A stretch of 64,000 bases of DNA, taken from contig QKEV01000017.1 in the NCBI GenBank assembly GCA_003252295.1, positions 34,931-98,930 on the forward strand, given 5' to 3'. A program made the position numbers and the translations under genes. Origin of the DNA: a bacterium. Its GTDB lineage: Bacteria > Patescibacteriota > Minisyncoccia > Phycocordibacterales > UBA12088. How positions within the stretch are numbered: position 1 is the first letter of the stretch; each line of letters starts with the position of its first letter. Positions 50,402 through 58,743 of this stretch are shown one piece after another. The notes under the pieces were generated by a model that saw nothing but the letters and a program-made list of their open reading frames with translations, ran no database searches and was not told the DNA's origin.

Positions 50402-51349
50402 TTATCGCAAGAGTTCACGTACAAGCTTGTATTCTTTTTTTGCATAACCATTTGCGACCTCAAGAACGCGCTCATTCGTGGCAACATGCCCAAACCGTGA
50501 ATCATCTGCATCAGCATTCACATAAAACTTTCCGTTCCAAGAAAGATTCCTCCCAACAAGCGTGTCAATGGAAAGTGGCTGGTACGAAATGTAGATTCCT
50601 TCCACCTCAGCCTCTAGACTGTAATCATGTATCTCCCACACATACTCCTTGAGTATCGGCATAAGAGTTTGCACATGCTCCGGCAAAACAAGCTTGATGA
50701 GCTTACCACAACCATGTACAAGTTTCTCAAACACATCACACAGTTCCGTGTCAGAGAAAAAAGGCATCCTGTTCCTGTTTCCTAAGACCGGTAACACAGG
50801 GGTACAAGATAAACGCACATCACGTTTACACACCATATTCTCGAACCTGTCCCAAGAACCAAAGTTAACAGGCGACACACAGCAAGAAATGATAGGATCA
50901 TAACCTTTAAATTTGAGGTTATGTATCGCTTCCCAGGCAATAGCACACGACCCCTTCATGCCTCGCTGTTTATCATGGTCTTCTGCTACACCATCCACTG
51001 AAATGTTGATGTACTCGTAGTACTGCATGAGTTCAGGATACTTCTGAATAGTAAAACCATTGTCCACTATCCCAATCTTTTTCCCTGAAGACCTACAGTA
51101 GTTCTCAATAAATGCGGCACCACGTGGTGAAAGGATTCTGCCAGCATAGGCAACCTCACTGCCCCATGCTACGAGTTGCGCTATCTGCTCTGACCAATCA
51201 TCTACAACCGGTATATTACGAGTATCGTGTGACCAGTAGCAGTGTTTGCACCTGAGATTACATACTCCTTCTATCGTTGCCGCGACATACACTGGATCAG
51301 GAACTACCAAGTAACAACCATTTTCAATAAGTTCTTGCATGAGTGTCAT
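50402..51349 (-). CDS. Radical SAM enzyme
   Basis: CNLRCKHC (CX3CX2C), IVDNG, INISVDG...HDKQRG core; AAAGGAG SD. Confidence 0.92.
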   Translation of the reverse strand: MTLMQELIENGCYLVVPDPVYVAATIEGVCNLRCKHCYWSHDTRNIPVVDDWSEQIAQLVAWGSEVAYAGRILSPRGAAFIENYCRSSGKKIGIVDNGFTIQKYPELMQYYEYINISVDGVAEDHDKQRGMKGSCAIAWEAIHNLKFKGYDPIISCCVSPVNFGSWDRFENMVCKRDVRLSCTPVLPVLGNRNRMPFFSDTELCDVFEKLVHGCGKLIKLVLPEHVQTLMPILKEYVWEIHDYSLEAEVEGIYISYQPLSIDTLVGRNLSWNGKFYVNADADDSRFGHVATNERVLEVANGYAKKEYKLVRELLR

Positions 51350-51557
51350 AACATTCTCCTTTATTTGGATTGCAGCTTCATGTTACAAAAGACTTTATAT
51401 AATCTGTCAACAGTGTAGAGGTTTTGAAGATGTTTTTGAAATTTTCTTATACTTTATACCTAAAAACTAAATATCGCTTTATTTTCAAGCATATTTTGTA
51501 TAAATAAAGTGTCAATATTTCTTTACAGTTTATACATCTTTGTTATGATGTGAATAT

Positions 51558-52343
51558 ATGCAACTGCTACAACTTTCAAAAAACGAAAATAAAATTTTCA
51601 CCCAATTAAAGCAGGGTGACTCTACACCTCTCGAACTTTCTCGCAGTACACACATTACACGCCCAACTGTGTATGAAACCCTAAAGAAACTTAAGGCACG
51701 AAAACTTGTGCAAACAAAGATCGTACACGGAAAAAAATACTGGACACTTGAAGATGAGCGAGTTATTGAAGATGAGCTATACAAAGCAAAAAAGGCATTG
51801 CTTGATATTTCTGAAACAACAGAAGAAGTCCATGGAAGATGTGAGTCAAATATCATCATCTATAAAGATGAAAAAAGTATACAAAAGCTACTCTTCAATT
51901 TACTATCACATACAAAAAATGAACGAATGTACGGCATACAAGGTAATAACATTGAAATTGGTTGGAGTAAGATATTCTCACCTGATGCAACCAACAAGCT
52001 AAATAGGTTGGTGAAGAAAAACAAGATAATCATGGAAGCAGTCATACCGAGAGGTTGGTTTGAGAAACATGCAAAGTTATGGGGCAAAGAATGGGTAAAG
52101 CACTTTATGGGACGCATGACCATAGCACACGAGATTGACGAGGAGTATTTCAAGCATGGCGCACAGTTGTTTGCTACAAAAAATGCTCTGTATCTGCTTT
52201 CGTTTAATGAGTCACTTGCAATAGAGATACGCAACTCAGAAACACAGAAGCTTGTACTTTCACTACTCTCATACATTCAGGACAATGCTAAACGAGTAGA
52301 ACCAAATACAATACTTGGAAAATTGGTTGAAAATGTAGAATAA
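51558..52343 (+). CDS. TrmB-family transcriptional regulator
   Basis: LSKNENKIF...TPLELSR...ITRPTVYETLKKLKARKLV HTH plus C-terminal effector-like domain. Confidence 0.85.
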   Translation: MQLLQLSKNENKIFTQLKQGDSTPLELSRSTHITRPTVYETLKKLKARKLVQTKIVHGKKYWTLEDERVIEDELYKAKKALLDISETTEEVHGRCESNIIIYKDEKSIQKLLFNLLSHTKNERMYGIQGNNIEIGWSKIFSPDATNKLNRLVKKNKIIMEAVIPRGWFEKHAKLWGKEWVKHFMGRMTIAHEIDEEYFKHGAQLFATKNALYLLSFNESLAIEIRNSETQKLVLSLLSYIQDNAKRVEPNTILGKLVENVE

Positions 52344-52350
52344 AATTTTT

Positions 52351-52670
52351 CCGGGACACTTCGTTATCGAACTCGTTCATCTTCGACTCGTTCAATGTAG
52401 ATAATGTGGGAGCCGAGAATCGTCCCCGGGATGACTAAGTATTTTCTTGCCGGGACGCTATGCTATCGAACTCGCTCACCTTCGACTCGTTCCTCGCTCA
52501 GGTTCACTCTCTAAGAACCCACGGTTCTCAGCGTTCGTCGTAAACTCCTCACAGCTCTCCTTCAAGGGAAAACTAGAGTTTTCCCTACCCCTTTCCATGT
52601 TCGATTCCCGGCGACTCCGTAAAAATACAGAAAAACCTACAGAACATTTCTGTAGGTTTTTCTGTATTTG
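52351..52670. mobile_element. tRNA-Pro-attached fold-back element (MITE/REP-like candidate)
   Basis: 22-bp stem 52623-52669; inverted T-arm copy GTTCGATTCCCGGC at 52599; core motifs shared with 55137-55267; partial duplications at 52351 and about 52408. Confidence 0.6.
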
Positions 52671-52741
52671 TCGGGGAGCCGGGAATCGAACCCGGGCCAC
52701 ACGGTCCCAAACCGCGTACACTACCACTATGCTACACCCCG
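52671..52741 (-). tRNA. tRNA-Pro (TGG)
   Basis: CGGGGTGTAGCATAGTGGTAGTGTACGCGGTTTGGGACCGTGTGGCCCGGGTTCGATTCCCGGCTCCCCGA. Confidence 0.96.
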
Positions 52742-52818
52742 TAGTAGAACTTATTTCCAAGTGCCAAAATAGAGTACCACTTTTTCAAAAAAATGCTAAT
52801 CACTTTTTCAAAAAAATG

Positions 52819-53214
52819 CTAATCAAGTAGTACACTCTCAAGCACTTTGACGTAGACCTTTTTACTTTCGGTAAGTATCTGCACAACTATTACATCCACT
52901 GTCCAATCATGTGCACCACCAAGTCCTCGCTCGAGCAAATACACCTCGATCACTCTCTTCAGCCGTGTCTTTTTATTTCTATCTATATGGTCTTCTGGCC
53001 GATAGGTTTCTTCACCCTCGTGTAAAACACTAAATATTTCGGAGGATTTTACTTCTACAAAGTGCAGTACATCGTCTTTTATACACACAACATCCAACTC
53101 TCCGCACTTTTTTCTATAATTTCGCTCAACTATGCGATACTTTCTGTTTTCTAGATACTGTGCAGCAATATCCTCACCAAGCTGTCCTATGGAAATATGC
53201 TTATTTTTAGCCAT
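52819..53214 (-). CDS. YraN family (UPF0102) nuclease-like protein
   Basis: GQLGEDIAAQYL, ERNYR, GELDVV, LHFVEVK. Confidence 0.92.
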   Translation of the reverse strand: MAKNKHISIGQLGEDIAAQYLENRKYRIVERNYRKKCGELDVVCIKDDVLHFVEVKSSEIFSVLHEGEETYRPEDHIDRNKKTRLKRVIEVYLLERGLGGAHDWTVDVIVVQILTESKKVYVKVLESVLLD

Positions 53215-53238
53215 ATTTGTTTTTATCGTACATGTCCT

Positions 53239-53277
53239 TTATTCACATATACACAGACTTATCCCCAGTTATGCACA
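53239..53277. promoter_or_regulatory. Cluster of DnaA-box-like 9-mers
   Basis: TTATTCACA, ATATACACA, TTATCCCCA, TTATGCACA in the same orientation. Confidence 0.55.
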
Positions 53278-53335
53278 TGTGTGGCAAAAGAGCAGCTAGT
53301 ACGAAACTAGCTGCTCCAAAAACCTCTGCAGTATC

Positions 53336-53944
53336 CTATCCACCATCTTGAACTAACTCGAGTTTCGAAGAGGTAGGTATTGCAGTAGTCTTGGAAACTC
53401 TTTCTTGTACTTCCTTAGGAACATTTTCAGGTGCAAACGTTAGCTCCTTAAAGGAATGGTCACAAACCATCTTCGGATCTGAAAGATTGTGCATACTGGC
53501 AAACTTATCAATCAAATCACCTACCAACTCTTGTCCAGCTGGCATTTGGTTTGTACATACCAAACTTGAGTACGAAAAAACTCCATTTCCATCTGATTCA
53601 ATCGCAGGTAATGCTATTGAAAGAATAGGTACCGCGTGTTTTCTGTCATACAAACGAGGAAATCTCCACCCGAAGATTGGGATTCGCCTACATTTGCAAA
53701 ACACCACGTAGTAGATTGTCTCTGCAAGGAAACCCTTGGCTGCTACTGTAAACGGTCCATCTTCAAGTTCTATCTCATCTACAGCGAAAGATCCGTGGAC
53801 AAATTTGCCAACATTTGGACTATACTCTTCAGAAACTGCAAGCTTCCCGACAATCTCAGTAATCAGAAGTTTGAGTCCGTTCTTCAGTGCACTTTGGGTA
53901 TAACACACTCTTCCTTCCATATCTTCCTCCGCAGTAGATTTCAT
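53336..53944 (-). CDS. Hypothetical orphan protein
   Basis: 202-codon ORF, start possibly at MEGRV after GGAGG; downstream hairpin GAGCAGCTAGT/ACTAGCTGCTC. Confidence 0.55.
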   Translation of the reverse strand: MKSTAEEDMEGRVCYTQSALKNGLKLLITEIVGKLAVSEEYSPNVGKFVHGSFAVDEIELEDGPFTVAAKGFLAETIYYVVFCKCRRIPIFGWRFPRLYDRKHAVPILSIALPAIESDGNGVFSYSSLVCTNQMPAGQELVGDLIDKFASMHNLSDPKMVCDHSFKELTFAPENVPKEVQERVSKTTAIPTSSKLELVQDGG

Positions 53945-54085
53945 TTAGGTTATATGCCTAATATCTTCCTAGTCATGACCATACCATATTTACTATATTT
54001 GTATAGAAAAGATGAAATACTGCTGTTCTTGCATTAATTTTAAACATGATTAGTATGTCGATTAGAAAAAACATCAAACAAATGC

Positions 54086-54421
54086 ATGGAGGTTACAATG
54101 AGATTTGAAATACTATTCAAAGGTGAAAGCAAGGCGTCAGAGCACTATAGTGAAATACATGTTTCCGAAAATCCGAATGCTGAAACCCTTAAAGATGTGA
54201 CAGCTTTCATTCAGAAACACCATGCCCCTCTCAGGGTGTTTGTCAGATTTAGCGCACATCCACCTGTTTCCGAAGAGCAAATGGATGCACTCAACACACT
54301 TGATGATGTGGCTCAAGCCGAACATGTTCCCGTAACACTTGATCTTTGTAACTGTTGCATTAACAACCTTACCGTGTTCACCAAAAACCCTCGATGGTGG
54401 TCTCGGTGGGAACGATGTTAA
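54086..54421 (+). CDS. Hypothetical orphan protein
   Basis: GGAGG SD before ATG 54098; shared hairpin CCCCTGCAGAC/GTCTGCAGGGG. Confidence 0.55.
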   Translation: MEVTMRFEILFKGESKASEHYSEIHVSENPNAETLKDVTAFIQKHHAPLRVFVRFSAHPPVSEEQMDALNTLDDVAQAEHVPVTLDLCNCCINNLTVFTKNPRWWSRWERC

Positions 54422-54462
54422 CACACAGCCCCCTGCAGACGCGTGTCTGCAGGGGGTTACTC

Positions 54463-54975
54463 TTACTTCTTGAAGAGCCACTTGGTTCGTGGGTTGATAC
54501 AAACCTTACCATCAACAACCGTACCAGTTTTCATATCCAAGAATACCCTCTTGTCCCTTGGACACGCTGATATAACTAAAAATTTTCCATCAATAGGGCG
54601 AGTACCTACCACAATTTGACTTACAGCGTCTTCCTCTTCAATCATGATTGGTACCTTGAAAGCAACATTATGTATCACGTCTTTCAGATGAGCACTGTTC
54701 ACCACCTCTAACCAGTCATCTAGCAGCACGTACTCCTCAGTGTACCCGAAATCATACGGTCGTAGCAGTAATAAAATAGTTCCATTAGGATCGTATGCGC
54801 CAAAACTCACTTGGGTAAGTGCATGCTCCACAGCAGCAGAATAAAATATTGCATTTGCATCATAAATCGCGATCGTCTCCTCGACTGAGGTACATTGGAA
54901 AATACCTGATGTCTCTGCCCATACCGGAACAGCAATATCCCTTCCTGCAGCACGCAAGGTAACATAATCATCCAT
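54463..54975 (-). CDS. Hypothetical orphan protein
   Basis: GGGGAGGT SD; converges on the same hairpin. Confidence 0.55.
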   Translation of the reverse strand: MDDYVTLRAAGRDIAVPVWAETSGIFQCTSVEETIAIYDANAIFYSAAVEHALTQVSFGAYDPNGTILLLLRPYDFGYTEEYVLLDDWLEVVNSAHLKDVIHNVAFKVPIMIEEEDAVSQIVVGTRPIDGKFLVISACPRDKRVFLDMKTGTVVDGKVCINPRTKWLFKK

Positions 54976-55075
54976 TTCTATACCTCCCCGAAAAGGTTAT
55001 ATTTCATGGTCAAATTTCTAAACGAAAAATAACACAATGTAATTATTTAACAAGAAATCCATACATATACAGAAA

Positions 55076-55341
55076 CTACTCAACAACAAAAGGAGGGTAT
55101 GAACCCTCCTTTTGTTGTTAATGTGCGGGTAGGGAGACGCTTCGCTATCGAACTCACTTCCTACGATCGCTCTCTGAGAACCCACGGTTCTCAGCGTTTC
55201 GCTTCGCTCCACTGCTCTCCTACACAGGAAAACTAGAGTTTTCCTGACACCTTTCCATGTTCGATTCTCCCTACGCAAGCTACTCAACAACAAAAGGAGG
55301 GTATGAACCCTCCTTTTGTTGTTAATGTGCGGGTAGGGAGA
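55076..55341. mobile_element. tRNA-Gly(GCC)-attached element bounded by exact 62-bp direct repeats
   Basis: 55076-55137 identical to 55280-55341 (terminator plus tRNA 3' end); internal core ends in inverted T-arm copy GTTCGATTCTCCCTAC. Confidence 0.7.
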
Positions 55342-55398
55342 ATCGAACTCCCGTCTACGCCATGGCAAGGCGTCATCCTACCACTAAACGATACCCGC
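55328..55398 (-). tRNA. tRNA-Gly (GCC)
   Basis: GCGGGTATCGTTTAGTGGTAGGATGACGCCTTGCCATGGCGTAGACGGGAGTTCGATTCTCCCTACCCGCA. Confidence 0.97.
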
Positions 55399-55463
55399 AA
55401 TATTTACGTGATACATCATAGCGTCTGAACCGCTAAATGTCTACTGTTTGTTCACAATTTACA

Positions 55464-56267
55464 TTACACCTTATTCATCCAGGCAGTAAGATCAACACTC
55501 CACCCTGTCTCACATGCAATATCAAGCAAATGCTTTGAAAGATCTACCAAAACTCGTTCTTGCACCTTACGACACTCATTTCTCTCTGTATTCACAAGTA
55601 GCAAACTGTCGCTAAACATGAATACATCCTCAACCGCCACACCATAGAGAGCTGGCACAATGTTAAGACGCACCATGTTTGATTGTGGAGGCATTGGGGT
55701 AGACCCTTTTTCAATGAGGGCATCAGCAATAGTCGAATCAATCAGTATCTCGAGTTTTAAATTATTCTCTATAGAAACAGCAACGTACTTTGAGAAACGG
55801 AGCACAGACTCCTCGCGACCATTCTGCCCACGAGAGAAAAGTAGCCGTACCCTGTCACCTGCATGCTTTTTTGCAAGTTCACCGAACGTTACCTTTTCAT
55901 CACCTTTACTGACGATATTTTCGTCATATTTTCTTTTCTCTTCATACTCCTGACTCTCCTTTACTGAAACCGTTCCATCTTGATCTTGATCAGCACGAAA
56001 ACGTCGCTCTATCCAATCAAGTGTATTTGCAACCTCATCTGTGTTCACAAAGTACTCATAGTGTCCATTCACCCTCTCTTTAAAAACAAGTCCTTGCTTT
56101 ACGAGACGACGCATCACAGCATCAACTGTTGTACGAGGTACATTTGCCCGAGTAGCTGCCTTTGTCATGTTCATTCGCCCAAAGGTAGCAAGTGCTGTAA
56201 ACACTTTCACCTCACGTTCATTGAGTCCCAGGAACTGTAATTTATCTATGACAAAATCCATTGCCAT
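55464..56267 (-). CDS. TrmB-family transcriptional regulator
   Basis: LGLNEREVKVF...NVPRTTVDAVMRRLVKQGLV; palindrome TGACGA-N5-TCGTCA at 56282-56298 over its promoter. Confidence 0.82.
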   Translation of the reverse strand: MAMDFVIDKLQFLGLNEREVKVFTALATFGRMNMTKAATRANVPRTTVDAVMRRLVKQGLVFKERVNGHYEYFVNTDEVANTLDWIERRFRADQDQDGTVSVKESQEYEEKRKYDENIVSKGDEKVTFGELAKKHAGDRVRLLFSRGQNGREESVLRFSKYVAVSIENNLKLEILIDSTIADALIEKGSTPMPPQSNMVRLNIVPALYGVAVEDVFMFSDSLLLVNTERNECRKVQERVLVDLSKHLLDIACETGWSVDLTAWMNKV

Positions 56268-56387
56268 ACAGTATACCTTTATGACGACTTTTTCGTCAAA
56301 GAATATTTACACTGACATGAATTACTGTGTATACTGAAAAGTAGAACTATAGAGTAGGAACTTTTAACTCAAACACAAGGGGGCTGT

Positions 56388-56849
56388 ATGTTACTTGAAC
56401 TTCCGAAGAGATTGAATATCACCACATTTACTGAACTGCATGAATACACGAGTAATTTTATCCATGTAAGAAAAAGGGATTTCCCTCTTCTGCAAACAAC
56501 GACCGTCTTGGGCCCGCTCTCAAACGGAGAAAGGGTCTCTGTTGCAAAACGTGAAAATGTGATTAACTTTCATACACACAACGTAGCAAGAATGAAAGGA
56601 GGTGAGAAAGGTGATATGTTTCTTGTTTTCAATATCATGTCGCTCAAACCTCACATTGAAACTATTCTGAGAACACACAAAACTCAAAATCCTGTAACTA
56701 CAGTTGTTCTCAACCTAATGTACCCACTCTTCACGTCTGAAGTGTTTGATGTGCTGCATTTCTGCCCACATACAGAGGACTGCTTTAGAGCAACCATGGA
56801 AAAAAATCACGTCAAATTCCTTGGTATACCTACCATTAATCTCACATGA
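56388..56849 (+). CDS. Hypothetical orphan protein
   Basis: AAGGGGG SD, TATACT promoter-like site, terminator AACCCCGC/GCGGGGTT. Confidence 0.55.
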   Translation: MLLELPKRLNITTFTELHEYTSNFIHVRKRDFPLLQTTTVLGPLSNGERVSVAKRENVINFHTHNVARMKGGEKGDMFLVFNIMSLKPHIETILRTHKTQNPVTTVVLNLMYPLFTSEVFDVLHFCPHTEDCFRATMEKNHVKFLGIPTINLT

Positions 56850-57083
56850 CCAAAACCCCGCTCCGGCGGGGTTTACCTATTATTCAAACCTATCAAAAGT
56901 AAAGTACTTCATAGTACCCACAGGCACACCATACTTCTCCTCAATAACCTTACTTGGGTTATTCTAATGTCACATCTCTCCAACCAATTACCACGAAATA
57001 GAGCCGCTAGGTAAGGTTCCGCTCAAAATCTATCTTTATGTAACCTTATTAATCTCAAAGAACCCTGCTTCGATATATGCAAA

Positions 57084-57317
57084 TTATTTCTTAAATTTAT
57101 ATATTATGAAAAAAATTACAGCAATAGCAGCAAGAAAAGTAGCAGGCAAAACACCTGCGATTAATACTCCCATCATACCAAAACAGTCTCCACTACAGTA
57201 GAAACAAAACTTATTTGGATCTGAGCAAGGACTTAATATTGAATAAGCAAACACAACCAGAACCCAGATTACCCCAATTACAAAAAATATTTGTGAGATT
57301 CTTTTATACTTATCCAT
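57084..57317 (-). CDS. Small two-TM protein with Cys-rich loop
   Basis: Four Cys (PCSDPNKFCFYCSGDC) between two TMs; AT-rich. Confidence 0.5.
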   Translation of the reverse strand: MDKYKRISQIFFVIGVIWVLVVFAYSILSPCSDPNKFCFYCSGDCFGMMGVLIAGVLPATFLAAIAVIFFIIYKFKK

Positions 57318-57328
57318 TATTTAAAACA

Positions 57329-57874
57329 TTATTTTGATAATAAAAATTCTCTCAGCTTATCAAATGGGCGAAGTTTTTTATAGACTTCATCATACTCCTC
57401 CTTGGTAAGCTCAGCGCGCGTTTTGTCATACCCTTCGGGGATAAAGATAGGATCCCAACCGTACCCATCTTTACCTTTTGGAGATGCACTTATTTCACCC
57501 GTCATCATCCCCTCAAAGTACTCTTCTCTCTCTCCATCAAAGTAGCCAAATGTGCACCGTGCAATAGCACCTCTTTCCTTTCCATCAAGCAATCGACATA
57601 TGTCTTCTAGACTCAGCTCAGTCTCAAACCACTTAATAAACGGCCCAGGCAACTTCCCAAGAGCAGTAAACTCAAGAGAGATATCTTCCACTAACACAGG
57701 CTTCCCTACTACCTTATACGCTTCCCGTACCTTATGGTGCACCACTTCACGCAAATCCAATGACTGTACCTCAACAAGGTCGATCTTCTGTCGCTCTAGC
57801 TCCACCCCCAACAATTCCCCGAGATACTTCGCCTTATTCTCATTTCCCGTAATGAATACCACATCGCTTTTCAT
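57329..57874 (-). CDS. Non-canonical purine NTP pyrophosphatase (Ham1/ITPase)
   Basis: FITGNENK, LVEDISL, LPGPFIKWF, YGWDPIFIP; start moved to ATG 57874. Confidence 0.92.
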   Translation of the reverse strand: MKSDVVFITGNENKAKYLGELLGVELERQKIDLVEVQSLDLREVVHHKVREAYKVVGKPVLVEDISLEFTALGKLPGPFIKWFETELSLEDICRLLDGKERGAIARCTFGYFDGEREEYFEGMMTGEISASPKGKDGYGWDPIFIPEGYDKTRAELTKEEYDEVYKKLRPFDKLREFLLSK

Positions 57875-58115
57875 GTTTAGCAGTATACCAAGTTTTGATA
57901 TGTGTTTTGAAAATAGTACACCCGAGAGGAATCTCACCATCACTTTTGCTGTTCGAGTCCTAAAAGTAAAGCTAAGTATTGACAATAGTCTAAAATATTA
58001 TATATTCTTAACAATCAAATTTCACTCTGGGAATCTTAGTCGGGACAATCTTTGAATGTTGTTTGTGGTGTCAGGTAACACCTGACACAGCATTATTTCA
58101 GTAGTATTTCTAAAA

Positions 58116-58313
58116 ATGCAAACAGGAAAAATTGCTCGTTTGACAGATAAAGGGTTCGGATTCATTAGCCGCGATGGTGAAGAAAAAGACCTTTTCTTTC
58201 ACTCAAACGATGTAGAAGGAGATTTCAATTCACTTCAAGAAAATGACACTGTTACTTTTGATGTCGAAGAAGGACCGAAGGGTCTCAATGCAGTAAAAGT
58301 AAGTCGTGCATAA
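58116..58313 (+). CDS. cspA: Cold-shock protein
   Basis: KGFGFI (RNP1), LFFH (RNP2), GPKGLNA; TTGACA-17-TATATT promoter with long 5' UTR; terminator at about 58315-58349. Confidence 0.93.
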   Translation: MQTGKIARLTDKGFGFISRDGEEKDLFFHSNDVEGDFNSLQENDTVTFDVEEGPKGLNAVKVSRA

Positions 58314-58394
58314 TAAAAAACCACCAGCTTCAATGCTGGTGGTTTTTTATTATAAACATATTCGAATACCGTCCCTTGCTAGGAACGTTTATTA

Positions 58395-58568
58395 CACCGC
58401 CAGGACTTGCCTCTCCCTACGGTCGAGATCAATGTTTACATTGTCGCTTCGCTCTGTGTAAACATTAGTCCTTCGGTTCTAGTTCTGGACGCAAAACATA
58501 TTTATGTTTTGCTCGGGTGCACATATAACAAAAACCCCAGGAAGGGGTTTTTGTTATATGTGCACCCG
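58395..58568. repeat. tRNA-Arg-attached fold-back element
   Basis: 25-bp perfect stem 58514-58568 extending into the acceptor arm; inverted degenerate T-arm GGTTCTAGTTCTGG at 58475; direct remnant CCGCCAGGACT at 58397. Confidence 0.65.
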
Positions 58569-58632
58569 CCAGGACTCGAACCTGGAATGACGGTTCCGAA
58601 GACCGTTGTGATATCCATTTCACCACGGGTGC
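58561..58632 (-). tRNA. tRNA-Arg (TCG)
   Basis: GCACCCGTGGTGAAATGGATATCACAACGGTCTTCGGAACCGTCATTCCAGGTTCGAGTCCTGGCGGGTGCA. Confidence 0.95.
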
Positions 58633-58743
58633 TTGCTTATTAGCTAGCATATTCTGCCATACTTTTATCTTTTTGAGAAGCACTTTGAAACACAAAGTGT
58701 ATTGAACTTGTTAATACGCAGAAACACCAATACAATATGATGC

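Noticed and set aside
52447-52830. ORFs 52447..52830 (+) and 52476..52760 (-)
   Set aside because: Overlap tRNA-Pro and the structured repeat; no protein-like features
55018-55368. 116-aa ORF with internal repeat
   Set aside because: Translation of the tRNA 3' end and the 62-bp direct repeat
56878-56966. Possible gene remnant on the minus strand (...VIEEKYGVPVGTMKYFTFDRFE*)
   Set aside because: Too short and lacks a start; cannot be assigned
58407-58695. ORFs overlapping tRNA-Arg
   Set aside because: Explained by the tRNA and adjacent hairpins
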